Shown here piece by piece: positions 39,393 through 49,934 of a stretch of 64,000 nucleotides of DNA. Position 1 is the first letter of the stretch. Each line of letters opens with the position of its first letter. The stretch is from Dehalococcoidia bacterium. GTDB taxonomy: Bacteria > Chloroflexota > Dehalococcoidia > UBA2979. The stretch lies in contig OZ252250.1 of the NCBI GenBank assembly GCA_965249675.1, positions 2,461,372 through 2,525,371 on the forward strand. Reading direction: 5' to 3'. The notes beneath the pieces were generated by a model. The model saw only the letters and a list, made by a program, of their open reading frames with translations, ran no database searches and had not been told where the DNA came from. The position numbers and the translations under genes are program-made.

Positions 39393-40176
39393 GGGTGACG
39401 GCCGCACTCTGGTCGCTGCCGCTGCTCTTCGGCGCCTTCTTTGTATTGCCGCTACTCGGCCTGGTCTGGTTCTCCCTGACCGATGGCGAAGTCGGCCAGG
39501 CGCTCGCCAGTGCGCAGACCTGGCAGGCCCTACGCCTCTCGTTACTGACGGCCACCCTCACCCTCGTGGTGGCCGTCGGGCTGGGAACACCGCTCGCCTA
39601 TCTGCTCGCGACCCGGGACGCCGCCTGGGCTCGGCTCGCCGCGACCTTCCTTGACCTGCCACTCGTGTTACCGCCGGTCGTCTCGGGGATCGCACTCCTG
39701 ACCGTCTTCGGACGACGGGGCAGCATCGGCGAGCCGCTGGCGGAGGCCGGGATCCCGCTCTCCCTGACGACGGCGGCGGTCGTGCTCGCGCAGCTCTTCG
39801 TTGCCGCTCCCTACTACATCCGCGCGGCCTACGCCGGCTTCCGTGCGATGGACCCGCGGTTTCGGGCAGTCGCCTACACCCTGGGGCTCTCAGGGCTGGC
39901 GACCTTCCGTCGCATTACGGTGCCGCTCGTCTGGCCGGCCCTGGCCGGCGGCATGGTGCTGTGCTGGGCGCGCGCCCTCGGGGAGCTGGGCGCGACCCTG
40001 CTCTTTGCCGGCTCGCTGCCTGGCAGGACGCAGACGATGCCGCTTGCGATCCTCTCCGCCTTTGAGTCGCGCGCCGGTCTGGCCGGAGCGGTGTCGATCT
40101 CGGTGGTGCTGGTCGTCTTCGCCCTCGCGCTGATGCTCCTGCTACACCGCTTGACCACGGCACACGGGGCCTACCG

Positions 40177-40180
<4 letters not shown>
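39389..40180 (+). CDS. modB: molybdate ABC transporter permease
   Basis: CysTW/ModB-type permease with EAA-like loop (ARALGELGATLLFAGSLPG); 4-nt overlap with modA. Confidence 0.8.
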
Positions 40181-41250
<1,070 letters not shown>

Positions 41251-41547
41251 TTGCCCTGGCGGTGTGAGGACAGGGGCCACCCACGATCAGCGGTCGGGAG
41301 GCGAGTCAGTCCCCGGCGCGAGGGACCGGGGGCCTGATCGAGCGGACCGTGACGGTGACGAGTGCGGCTGTAGTCGCCCGTCCGACTCCCGAGCTCGTGT
41401 CTCGTGGCTGCGCTGATTGGAATGAGATGATCGTCCCGCCCTGCTAGTATCGCCACCGCAGCACCGCAGAGGCGCCTCTCACGGGCCTCCGCTCAAGCGA
41501 GGGATCCCCAAACCGGGGAGCGAGCAGACAGACCGAGGGGACCGAGC

Positions 41548-41886
41548 ATGGAGCTAGAGACCTACCAGGACGGGCAGTGCCTGGTCCTCCTCACCACTGG
41601 CCGCGTGGATGGCACCAACGCGGCCGAGTTCCAAAATGCCGTCACGGAGGCGACTCACGAGAGCGACCTGCCGGTGGTGCTTGACCTCGAGAACCTGAGC
41701 TATATCAGCAGCGCCGGCCTTCGCGTGATTCTCTTGATCGCCAGAGAACTGCGGCAGAAGGATCAGGGCTTCGCCGCCTGCTCCCTCGTCACTTCCGTCC
41801 GGGAAGTGTTCGAGATCAGCGGGTTCGATAAGATCATCCCGGTTCACGACTCGCGCGACGCCGCGATCGACTCGCTCTCGGCGTAG
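41548..41886 (+). CDS. STAS-domain anti-sigma-factor antagonist
   Basis: SpoIIAA/RsbV-like ~110 aa with conserved LSYISSAGLRVIL phosphorylatable Ser region. Confidence 0.8.
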   Translation: MELETYQDGQCLVLLTTGRVDGTNAAEFQNAVTEATHESDLPVVLDLENLSYISSAGLRVILLIARELRQKDQGFAACSLVTSVREVFEISGFDKIIPVHDSRDAAIDSLSA

Positions 41887-41975
41887 TCACACGCCGTCCC
41901 GTTCAGACTCACAAGCACCGCGACCTGAGCGCCGGCCGACTCACCTCAAGCCGTAGGCTGTAGAGGATTCTGAAA

Positions 41976-43175
41976 TTGATGGATAGCACATTCAAGATCC
42001 TTGTCGTTGATGACGAGCCAGATCTCGAGCCCCTCATGTTGCAACGGATGCGGCGTCAGATCCGCTCCGGACAGTACAGTTTCGTCTTCGCTCATAACGG
42101 TGCCGAGGCTCTCGATATGTTGCAACAAGACGACGAGATCGACATGGTACTATCCGACATCAACATGCCGATCATGGATGGTCTCACGCTCCTGCAGCAG
42201 ATCCCGAAGATTGATCCGAACATCCGCTCGGTCATCATCTCCGCGTACGGCGACATGAAGAATATCCGCACCGCGATGAACCGTGGCGCTTTCGACTTTG
42301 TCACCAAGCCGCTTGACTTCGACGATCTGAGGATCACCATCGAGCGAACGGCCATTCATCTGGTCGAGTGGCGGGATGCGCTCTCCTCCCGCGATCAACT
42401 GGTCATGCTGCAGAACGAGCTGGATGTTGCGCGCAACATCCAGCAATCCATCCTCCCCACCCGGTTCCCCAGGGGTGCCGACTATCACTCGTATGCGAGC
42501 ATGCAACCGGCGCTGCAGGTCGGCGGAGACTTCTACGACGTGCTGCGGCTTGAAGGCGGCCTGATCGGCCTGACGATCGCCGATGTGTCTGGCAAGGGAG
42601 TGCCGGCGGCACTGTTCATGATGTCAAGTCGCATGCTCCTCAAGGGCGCTGCGATCGGACATCACGCCCCGGGCGAAGTCTTGCGGGAAGTGAATTCACT
42701 CCTTGCTGAAGACAACGAGTCGATGATGTTCGTGACGCTCCTCTATGCGATCTACAACCCGGCCACCGGGGCCGTCGTGTACACAAATGGTGGCCACAAC
42801 TCACCAGTCGTCAGACATAACGACGGCAGCTCCACGCTGCTCCCGCTGACGGGTGGCGTGGCGCTCGGAGTCACCGACGACTTTACTTACGAGCAGGACA
42901 CGGTCGTGTTGTCACCGGGGGAGACCCTGGTGCTGTACACCGATGGCGTGACGGAGGCGATGAACGCAGACGGTGAGGAGTTCGGGATGGAGCGGCTGTA
43001 CGACGTCCTGGCTACCGTCCGGTGCGACCAGCCGTCGGACATCAACGATGCGATCTTCGCTGGTGTACGGGAGTTTGCGGGCGATACGGCACAGTCCGAC
43101 GACATCACCCTAGCTGCCAACCTCATCTCTGCCGAATATAGTGCGATTGATACGAGGGCGGAGAAGTGGACGTAG
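41976..43175 (+). CDS. response-regulator receiver + PP2C (RsbU/SpoIIE-type) phosphatase; 3' end replaced by IS3 sequence
   Basis: REC domain (ILVVDDEP...DMVLSDINMP) and PP2C motifs (GGDFYDV, TIADVSGKG, YTDGVTEA, DDITL). The last 17 codons (AANLISAEYSAIDTRAEKWT) read into the IS3 left end, which begins at 43108. Confidence 0.85.
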   Translation: MMDSTFKILVVDDEPDLEPLMLQRMRRQIRSGQYSFVFAHNGAEALDMLQQDDEIDMVLSDINMPIMDGLTLLQQIPKIDPNIRSVIISAYGDMKNIRTAMNRGAFDFVTKPLDFDDLRITIERTAIHLVEWRDALSSRDQLVMLQNELDVARNIQQSILPTRFPRGADYHSYASMQPALQVGGDFYDVLRLEGGLIGLTIADVSGKGVPAALFMMSSRMLLKGAAIGHHAPGEVLREVNSLLAEDNESMMFVTLLYAIYNPATGAVVYTNGGHNSPVVRHNDGSSTLLPLTGGVALGVTDDFTYEQDTVVLSPGETLVLYTDGVTEAMNADGEEFGMERLYDVLATVRCDQPSDINDAIFAGVREFAGDTAQSDDITLAANLISAEYSAIDTRAEKWT

Positions 43176-43587
43176 AACGATGGTGGTTGATGAAGAGACT
43201 GAGGTGCGTCGAGCACGCAGGTCGTGGCCAGTGCAGTACAAGCTCGACATCCTGGCTGAGATCGACGAGGCAAAGGCCCGCGGAGAGCCGGGAGCAGTCG
43301 GCGCCATCTGTCGGCGCGAGGGTCTGTACTCGTCTCTGATCACCAGGTGGCGCCAGCAGCGTGACGATGGGGCGCGCCGTGCCCTCGTCGAGCGGCCGCC
43401 GGGACCACGAGCGCCCAACCGGCTGACCCTTGAGCGCGACCGCTACCGGCAGCAGGCGATGCTTGCCGAGCAACAGCTGAAGACGGCAGAGGAGTTGATT
43501 GAGACACAGGGAAAAGCCTTGGCGCTCTTGCAAAGATTTGCTCGCAAGAGCGCGTCGCAGCGGCGACCGAGCAGCCAGAACGGGTAG
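43141..43587 (+). CDS. IS3-family transposase OrfA
   Basis: HTH + leucine zipper; 148 aa. Confidence 0.85.
   Translation: MRLIRGRRSGRRTMVVDEETEVRRARRSWPVQYKLDILAEIDEAKARGEPGAVGAICRREGLYSSLITRWRQQRDDGARRALVERPPGPRAPNRLTLERDRYRQQAMLAEQQLKTAEELIETQGKALALLQRFARKSASQRRPSSQNG
43509..43515 (+). promoter_or_regulatory. -1 programmed ribosomal frameshift heptamer G GGA AAA (orfA to orfB)
   Basis: X XXY YYZ heptamer 72 nt before the orfA stop; the -1 frame is open from here through orfB (…TGKSLGALAKICSQERVAAATEQPERVAPTRAEWPAQAYANWRAQMLAAV…). Confidence 0.55.
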
Positions 43588-43640
43588 CGCCGACCCGAGC
43601 TGAGTGGCCAGCACAGGCATACGCCAACTGGCGGGCGCAG

Positions 43641-44666
43641 ATGCTCGCCGCTGTGGACGCATGGGCCCAGCGGGTTGGCCGTGCCCGCGCCTGTCGGGCC
43701 TTCGGATACTCAGAGCGGACCGACCGCAGCCGCCGCCAGGCGGCCGCCGGCCGGCTACACAGGCGGCCGTCACAGGCGAAACCGCGCGAGCAGCACCAGC
43801 CGCAGCCGTCACGCATCCCCGACCAGCTGCGCGATCACATCGCCGAGCTGCTGTGCTCACCACGCTTTCGTGACCAGGCGCCCGCCCAGGTCTACTATCA
43901 GCTGCTGGACGAGGGCTCGTACGTCTGCTCGATCCGCCAGATGTACCGCATCCTCGAGGAACGCGGCCTGGTCAGAGAACGGCGTCGCGGTCACCGACGC
44001 ACGACCCACCATGCACCCCAGGTGCAGGCGAGCGGCCCGAACGAGGTCTGGTCGTGGGACATCTCGCGGCTCCGCGGCCCTCACCACCGCAGCTGGTTCT
44101 ATCTCTACGTGGTGATCGACATCTTCAGTCGCAAGATCGTCGCCTGGACGGTCGACACGGCGGAGTCGACCGAGGTTGCCAGGACGCTGGTGGGCACCGC
44201 CTGCGACCGCAACGGGATCTCGCCGCAGCAACTGACGCTGCACTCAGACCGTGGCGCCCAGATGACGTCGACAAGCCTGGCGGAGTTGCTCGAAGACCTC
44301 GCTGTCACGCGCAGCCTCTCGCGCCCGCGCGTGAGCAACGACAACCCCTACTCCGAGGCCGGCTTCAAGACCGTCAAGTACCGCCACGACTACCCCGACC
44401 GCTTCCACTCGCTGGAGGAGGTGCGGAGCTGGATGGCGCCGTTTGTCGACTGGTACAACCGCGAGCACTACCACTCCGGTGTCGGCTACCAGCACCCCGC
44501 CACGCTCCACGGCGGGCAAGCCCTGGAGACCGTGCAGGCGCGTCAGGAGACCCTGGATGCCGCCTACAGCGTCTGGCCCGAGCGGTTCCGCAACGGACCG
44601 CCGCGGGCCGCCAGACCCCCGAAGGAGGCGTGGATCAACAAACCCGTCATTGCAACAACCCCCTGA
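43641..44666 (+). CDS. IS3-family transposase OrfB (integrase core); probably expressed as an OrfAB transframe fusion
   Basis: Same protein as 21441-22466. Confidence 0.9.
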   Translation: MLAAVDAWAQRVGRARACRAFGYSERTDRSRRQAAAGRLHRRPSQAKPREQHQPQPSRIPDQLRDHIAELLCSPRFRDQAPAQVYYQLLDEGSYVCSIRQMYRILEERGLVRERRRGHRRTTHHAPQVQASGPNEVWSWDISRLRGPHHRSWFYLYVVIDIFSRKIVAWTVDTAESTEVARTLVGTACDRNGISPQQLTLHSDRGAQMTSTSLAELLEDLAVTRSLSRPRVSNDNPYSEAGFKTVKYRHDYPDRFHSLEEVRSWMAPFVDWYNREHYHSGVGYQHPATLHGGQALETVQARQETLDAAYSVWPERFRNGPPRAARPPKEAWINKPVIATTP

Positions 44667-44733
44667 CCTCGACCGGCATGGAGAGGTTGACAGCTTCCGA
44701 TCACCTGCGTAACGCTGACCCGGAGCTAGATGC

Positions 44734-45153
44734 GTGAGTGACACTCAGACACTCGTCTTCCAGACCCGATCGGATGAACTGCAGCGGATCATGGACGCAG
44801 TGCAGGCGATCTCCGACGCGGAGCAATGGGCGGTGGACGTCTTCTTCAAGGTTCAGATGGTCCTGGAGGAGCTGAGCCTCAACATCATCAACTATGGGTA
44901 CGACGAGGGAGTCCATAGTTTCGAGATCCAGATCACCTCTGATCCGGAGCAGATCACGATCGAGATCAGTGATGGAGGCCGACCGTTCAATCCGCTGGAG
45001 GATAGTAAGCAACCGGTGACCGATGCCGCGATGGAGGACAGGCCGGTGGGCGGTCTCGGGGTCTATCTCGTACGAGAGATGACCGATGCCATGGAGTACC
45101 GTCGCGAGGGCGGTCGGAACCACTCGACGATGGTGATCCGCAATTCCCGATGA
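44734..45153 (+). CDS. anti-sigma regulatory factor / Ser-protein kinase of the RsbW/SpoIIAB family (HATPase_c)
   Basis: N-box EELSLNIINYG, G1 DGGRPFNP, G2 GGLGVYLVREM. Confidence 0.8.
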   Translation: MSDTQTLVFQTRSDELQRIMDAVQAISDAEQWAVDVFFKVQMVLEELSLNIINYGYDEGVHSFEIQITSDPEQITIEISDGGRPFNPLEDSKQPVTDAAMEDRPVGGLGVYLVREMTDAMEYRREGGRNHSTMVIRNSR

Positions 45154-45440
45154 GAGGGATGAGAGAGGCTCGGGCGGTCGATCTGCATACGAACGCGCGC
45201 AGTCCGCTCGTGCCTCGCGGTCGTGACCTCTCCGGAGCTGCGTGGGCGCTACTGGCCGCCACCGTCCTGATCGTTGCTGCCTGCACCGGGTCGGCTCAGA
45301 GGCAGGTGGGGGGTGGGGAGACGCCTGCCGAGGGGGCCGGCGGACCCGCTCCGGAGGTCGTGAGCGCTGCGGCACTTCCTCGGTCGACTGCCGGGATCTC
45401 CCACGAAGAGATCCTCTTTGGACAGTCGGCCGCCTCCTAG
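45150..45440 (+). pseudogene. N-terminal fragment (signal peptide/lipobox + start of mature domain) of a PBP1-type solute-binding protein split by IS5
   Basis: LLAATVLIVAACTGS lipobox ... ILFGQSAA then a stop created at the IS5 junction (CTAG). Confidence 0.7.
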
Positions 45441-46631
45441 GGACGCTCTGAACAGACCCGCATGATCTGTTAAGATGCCTACACGGGATGGTATGGCATT
45501 CGACCAGATGACGAGGTGAGCGCGATGGGCGAGGCAACGTTCGCGGAGCTGTACTACGACGCGAAGAAGCGAACGACTCGCCGGGAGCGGTTTCTGGAAC
45601 GACTCGATCGGCTGGTTCCGTGGCGGCAACTCGAGCAGCGCATTGCGCCCCACTACCCGATGCCGGGACGGGGGCGCCAGCCCTACCCACTGTCACTGAT
45701 GCTGCGGGTGCACATCGTGCAACTGGTCGACAACCTCAGCGACCCGGCGATGGAGGACGCGCTGTACGAGAATCTCACCGTGCAGCGCTTCGTGGGGCTC
45801 AGGCTATCGGACGCGATCCCCGATGAGACGACGATTCTCAACTTCCGCCACCGGCTGGAGGCGGCCGCGCTGGGGAGGGGGTTGCTCGAGGAGATCAACC
45901 GCCATCTGGAGGCGGAAGGACTGCAGTTGAGACAGGGGACTGTGGTTGATGCCAGTATCATCAGCGCCCCCTCGTCGACCAGGAATCGGGCCAGAGCACG
46001 GGATCCCGAGATGCACCAGACGCGCAAGGGAAACCAGTGGTACTTCGGGATGAAGTTGCACATCGGGGTGGACTCTGAGAGCGGCATCGTGCACAGCCTC
46101 CACACGACGGCGGCGAACGTGAGCGACATCACCGCGGCGCCCGACCTGCTGCACGGCAACGAAAGGCTGGTCTGTGGCGATGCGGGCTACCAGGGCATCG
46201 GAAAACGTCTGGAGCAGCGCGAGCGTGCGGTGCAGTGGCAGGTTGCCATGCGACCGGGCAAGCGGCGACTGCTCGACCGGGAGGGTGAGGAGTGGCTCGA
46301 AGAGAAGCGCAAGGCCTCCGTGCGTGCGAAGGTCGAGCATCCGTTCCAGATCGTGAAGGTGCGCTTCGGCTACGCCAAGGTCCGCTACCGCGGATTGTTC
46401 AAGAACACGCAGCGGCTCGCGTTGCTGTTGGGGCTGGCCAACATGGTTCGAGCGGAGCGCCAACTTGCTGCGTAACAACGGCGCAGTGCGCCCAGAATCC
46501 CGCAGCGAGCGCCAAACGGCACTCGCAGAGCCGCTCGCGAGCCCCGATCAGGCCGCATTCCTGACCATCAAGCGATTGAACGCCCCAGAAGAGCCTGATC
46601 GGCCGCATTTCGCGGCCAGTTCAGAGCGTCC
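45441..46631 (+). mobile_element. IS5-family insertion sequence, copy 3 (1191 bp)
   Basis: IRs GGACGCTCTGAAC; flanks CTAG / TTAG; splits the solute-binding protein gene. Confidence 0.9.
45516..46475 (+). CDS. IS5-family DDE transposase (319 aa, intact)
   Basis: Identical to the 18586-19545 product except two substitutions. Confidence 0.95.
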   Translation: MSAMGEATFAELYYDAKKRTTRRERFLERLDRLVPWRQLEQRIAPHYPMPGRGRQPYPLSLMLRVHIVQLVDNLSDPAMEDALYENLTVQRFVGLRLSDAIPDETTILNFRHRLEAAALGRGLLEEINRHLEAEGLQLRQGTVVDASIISAPSSTRNRARARDPEMHQTRKGNQWYFGMKLHIGVDSESGIVHSLHTTAANVSDITAAPDLLHGNERLVCGDAGYQGIGKRLEQRERAVQWQVAMRPGKRRLLDREGEEWLEEKRKASVRAKVEHPFQIVKVRFGYAKVRYRGLFKNTQRLALLLGLANMVRAERQLAA

Positions 46632-47683
46632 TTAGCGGTCCCGCCAGCGCGCTCGGTCAGGGCATGGAGGTCGGGATCAGGGCCGCGTTCGAGGAGGTCA
46701 ACCGCCTCGGCGGTGTCTACGGGCGACAACTCAGGCTCTCATCGGTCGACGACGCCTACGAACCTGAAGCTGCGATCGCCAACACCATGTACCTGATCGA
46801 GCGGGAGGAGGTCTTCGCACTGATCGGTGCGGTGGGCACACCCACCTCACGGTCTGCCGGCCCGGTCGCCGCCGAGGCCGGGGTGCCGTATATCGCCCCC
46901 TTCACGGGAGCCGCATTCCTCCGCGACCCGGGGTGGGAGAACGTTGTCAACCTCCGGGCCTCTTACTACCAGGAGACGGAAGAGATGGTTGAGCGCCTCA
47001 CGCGCGACCTCGGTCTGGAGCGGATCGCGGTCCTCTACCAGGACGACTCCTTCGGCCGCGCTGGTTACGAGGGCGCGGCGCAGGCGCTCGCCAGGCGCGG
47101 CATGACCCCGGTCTCGGTCGGGCTCTACACACGCAACACGCTGGCGGTCAAGACAGCACTGCTGGACGTACGCCGCGGGAACCCCCAGGCGGTGATTCTG
47201 GTCGGGGCCTACGAGCCGGTTGCAGAGTTCATCGCGTGGGCACGGCACACCAAGCTCGACGCGGTCTTCATGACGGTCTCGTTCGTCGGCAGCAACGCGC
47301 TGGCCGAGGCGCTCGGTGAGCAGGGCGCGGGCGTCTTCGTTACGCAGGTCGTGCCCTTCCCAACGGACGACTCGATCCCGGTCGTCCGGGCCTACCATCG
47401 AGCGCTTGCAGCCTTCGATCCACGGGCAGTTCCGGGGTTCGTCTCTCTTGAGGGATACCTCGCCGGAAGACTCGCGATCGCCGACGTGGAGAGCTGCGGT
47501 CGCGAGGTCGACCGGCGGTGCTTCCTTGACGGGCTGAAGCAGTCCGAGGCGATCGAACTCGATGGGTTTGAGTTGCAATACGGACCGGCGGACAACCAGG
47601 GGTCAGACGCGGTCTTCCTGACCGTGATTGGAGCAGATGGACAGTATCGGCCGACCGAGACGCTCGAGGATCCGGTCCCATGA
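46632..47683 (+). pseudogene. C-terminal 350 aa of the PBP1-type (LivK-like) solute-binding protein split by IS5
   Basis: Frame continues LSGPASALGQGMEVGIRAAFEEVNRLGGVYGRQLRL... (type-1 periplasmic binding fold); stop overlaps the kinase start (ATGA). Confidence 0.75.
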
Positions 47684-49875
47684 TGTTCGCGCGGGAGGTC
47701 GTGCGGAGTCGTTACCGGATCTCGACCCAACTCTACCTGGCGTTTGGCGGGGCGGTGCTGATGACGATCGCCGCTGGCCTGGTCGGGTGGTTCTCCTTCG
47801 ATCGGGTGGGGAGCGCTCAGAATCAGGTCAACGACGAGAGTATCCCGGAGATGGCGGCGGCCTTCGAGGTCGCCCAGTACAGCAGTCGTCTCGTTGCCGC
47901 GGCGCCGCAGCTGTCTGCAGCTGACACGCTCGCAGATCTGGACATCATCTACTCGGGCATCACGGAGTCGATCGACGCCCTCGAGACCCAGCTCCTCGTG
48001 CTGGGCGAGGCCGGCAGCCGAGATGACCGGTTCGATACGGTCCGGTCACGTTCGAGCACGATCATCGCGAATATCGACCAGATCCGAATCCAGCAGATCG
48101 AGGCCATCGCGCTCGCCTCGGGGCGCGCCAAGCTGAGCGTCGACCTGGCCGAGATACGCAGTGATCTCGATGGCATTCTCGTGCCGGCGATCGACGACCA
48201 GCTGTTCTTCACCATGACCGGCCTGCGGGACCGAACTACCCCAGCGCTGCCGACCTCGGAACACTTCTCCCGACCAGAACTCGACCGCTACCGCATCCTG
48301 GCGGAGCTGCATACCGATGCGAACATCGCAACCGAACTGCTGGCGAACGCGTTCTCGCTCTCTGAGGCCGCATCACTCGAGCCCCTGAAAGAACGCTTCG
48401 ATGCGGCGATCGCCCGCATCGACCGCAACCTCGATCCGCTCCGGGGTGGACCCAGCTATGACGCCCTCGTGCTGATCTTTGCTCGGCTGAGCGATCTTGG
48501 CAACGCCAATGAGAGTGGGTTCCAGCTGCTCGATCGGGAGCTACGCCTTGGCGAGCGACAGCGTGCGTTGCTGGCAGAGAACCAGCGGGAGGCCTCAGAC
48601 CTGGTCACCGTCGTGGACAGCCTCGTCGTGACCGCCCTCGCCAGCGCCGACGACGCGACCCGGGCCTCGAGCGAGGCGATCCTGACCGGTCGCACGCTGT
48701 TGCTGGCGATCAGTGTGATCAGCATCACCGGGGCTGTCCTCCTCGCCTGGCTGCTCGTCGGACGGATCCTGCTCCGCCGGCTCGAGCTGCTGTCGAATTG
48801 GATGCGACGGATGGCCGGCGGCGACCTTGAAGCCGGGGTGGATATCGGCGGAAGTGACGAGATCGCCGACATGGCCGCGGCGCTCGAGGTATTTCGGCGC
48901 CATGCACTTGAGGTGCAACGACTGAATCTCGTCGAACGGCTGGCCGAGGATCTTCAGCAGAAGAACGATCAGCTGGAAGTCGCGCTCTCCGACCTTGAGA
49001 ACGCGCAAGACCAGATCGTTGCGCAGCAGAAGCTGGCGAGCCTCGGTGAGCTCACTGCCGGCGTTGCTTATGAGATCAGGAACCCTCTGAACTTCATCAA
49101 GAACTTCTCAGAGTCTTCGGCCGAGCTGCTGACAGAGCTCCGAGAGACGATCGACGACGAGGGGATGGAGGAGGACGAGAGGCGAGAGCTTATTGTCGAG
49201 GTGTCGACAGACCTGACAGAGAATCTCGCTCGGATCATCAATCACGGCGACCGCGCCAACGGCATCGTCCGGGACATGCTGCTGATGAGCCGGGAGTCCG
49301 GAGATATCCAGTCCACCGACATCAACACGCTGGTCGACGAGCACTCTCGACTCGCCTACCACAGCGCCCGGGCCACCGATGTGGACTTCCAGCTTGACCT
49401 TCGGCCGAACTTCGACGAGAGCCTCGAGCCAATGGAGGTCGTCCCACAGGATCTGGGGCGGGTGTTCCTGAACATGGTCGGGAACGCCTGCTATGCGACC
49501 AATGAGAAACAGGTCGCCGCTCGAGCGGCTGGTGACGAGTACAGCCCAACGCTGGACCTGATCACCAGGCGTGCCGGGGAGATGGTCGAGGTCGCCATTC
49601 GCGACAACGGGGATGGAATGCCGCCTGAGGTGGTCGAGAAGATCTTCAACCCGTTCTTCACGACCAAGCCGACCGACCAGGGAACGGGGCTCGGGCTGGC
49701 AATATCGAACGACATCGTGCGTCAACACGGAGGAACGATCCGCGTCACTTCGGAGCCGGGGCAGTTCACCGAGATGGTGGTCTCGCTCCCGCTCGCACCG
49801 GTGATCGGGCAGAGCGAGCCGGCAGACCCCGCGGCCGAGCCCGCGGCGGGGGCCGCGGCCGCAGCGAACGTCTAG
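47680..49875 (+). CDS. sensor histidine kinase with ~300-aa extracytoplasmic domain, HAMP, HisKA, HATPase_c
   Basis: TM1 (res 15-37), second TM ~res 340, HAMP, H-box [15 protein letters not shown] boxes ([21 protein letters not shown]). Confidence 0.85.
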   Translation: MMFAREVVRSRYRISTQLYLAFGGAVLMTIAAGLVGWFSFDRVGSAQNQVNDESIPEMAAAFEVAQYSSRLVAAAPQLSAADTLADLDIIYSGITESIDALETQLLVLGEAGSRDDRFDTVRSRSSTIIANIDQIRIQQIEAIALASGRAKLSVDLAEIRSDLDGILVPAIDDQLFFTMTGLRDRTTPALPTSEHFSRPELDRYRILAELHTDANIATELLANAFSLSEAASLEPLKERFDAAIARIDRNLDPLRGGPSYDALVLIFARLSDLGNANESGFQLLDRELRLGERQRALLAENQREASDLVTVVDSLVVTALASADDATRASSEAILTGRTLLLAISVISITGAVLLAWLLVGRILLRRLELLSNWMRRMAGGDLEAGVDIGGSDEIADMAAALEVFRRHALEVQRLNLVERLAEDLQQKNDQLEVALSDLENAQDQIVAQQKLASLGELTAGVAYEIRNPLNFIKNFSESSAELLTELRETIDDEGMEEDERRELIVEVSTDLTENLARIINHGDRANGIVRDMLLMSRESGDIQSTDINTLVDEHSRLAYHSARATDVDFQLDLRPNFDESLEPMEVVPQDLGRVFLNMVGNACYATNEKQVAARAAGDEYSPTLDLITRRAGEMVEVAIRDNGDGMPPEVVEKIFNPFFTTKPTDQGTGLGLAISNDIVRQHGGTIRVTSEPGQFTEMVVSLPLAPVIGQSEPADPAAEPAAGAAAAANV

Positions 49876-49934
49876 GCGTGCGGGGCCGTCCGTCCGTTCG
49901 TCGGCCCGCCAGCAGCCGGGGTCGCCAACCGCTC

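Larger units (their letters stand above)
43108..44699 (+). mobile_element. IS3-family insertion sequence, copy B (~1.59 kb, intact)
   Basis: Imperfect IRs CCCTAGCTGCCAACCTC / GAGGTTGACAGCTTCCG; orfA+orfB; flanked by ATCA(CC) on both sides (candidate target duplication). Confidence 0.85.
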
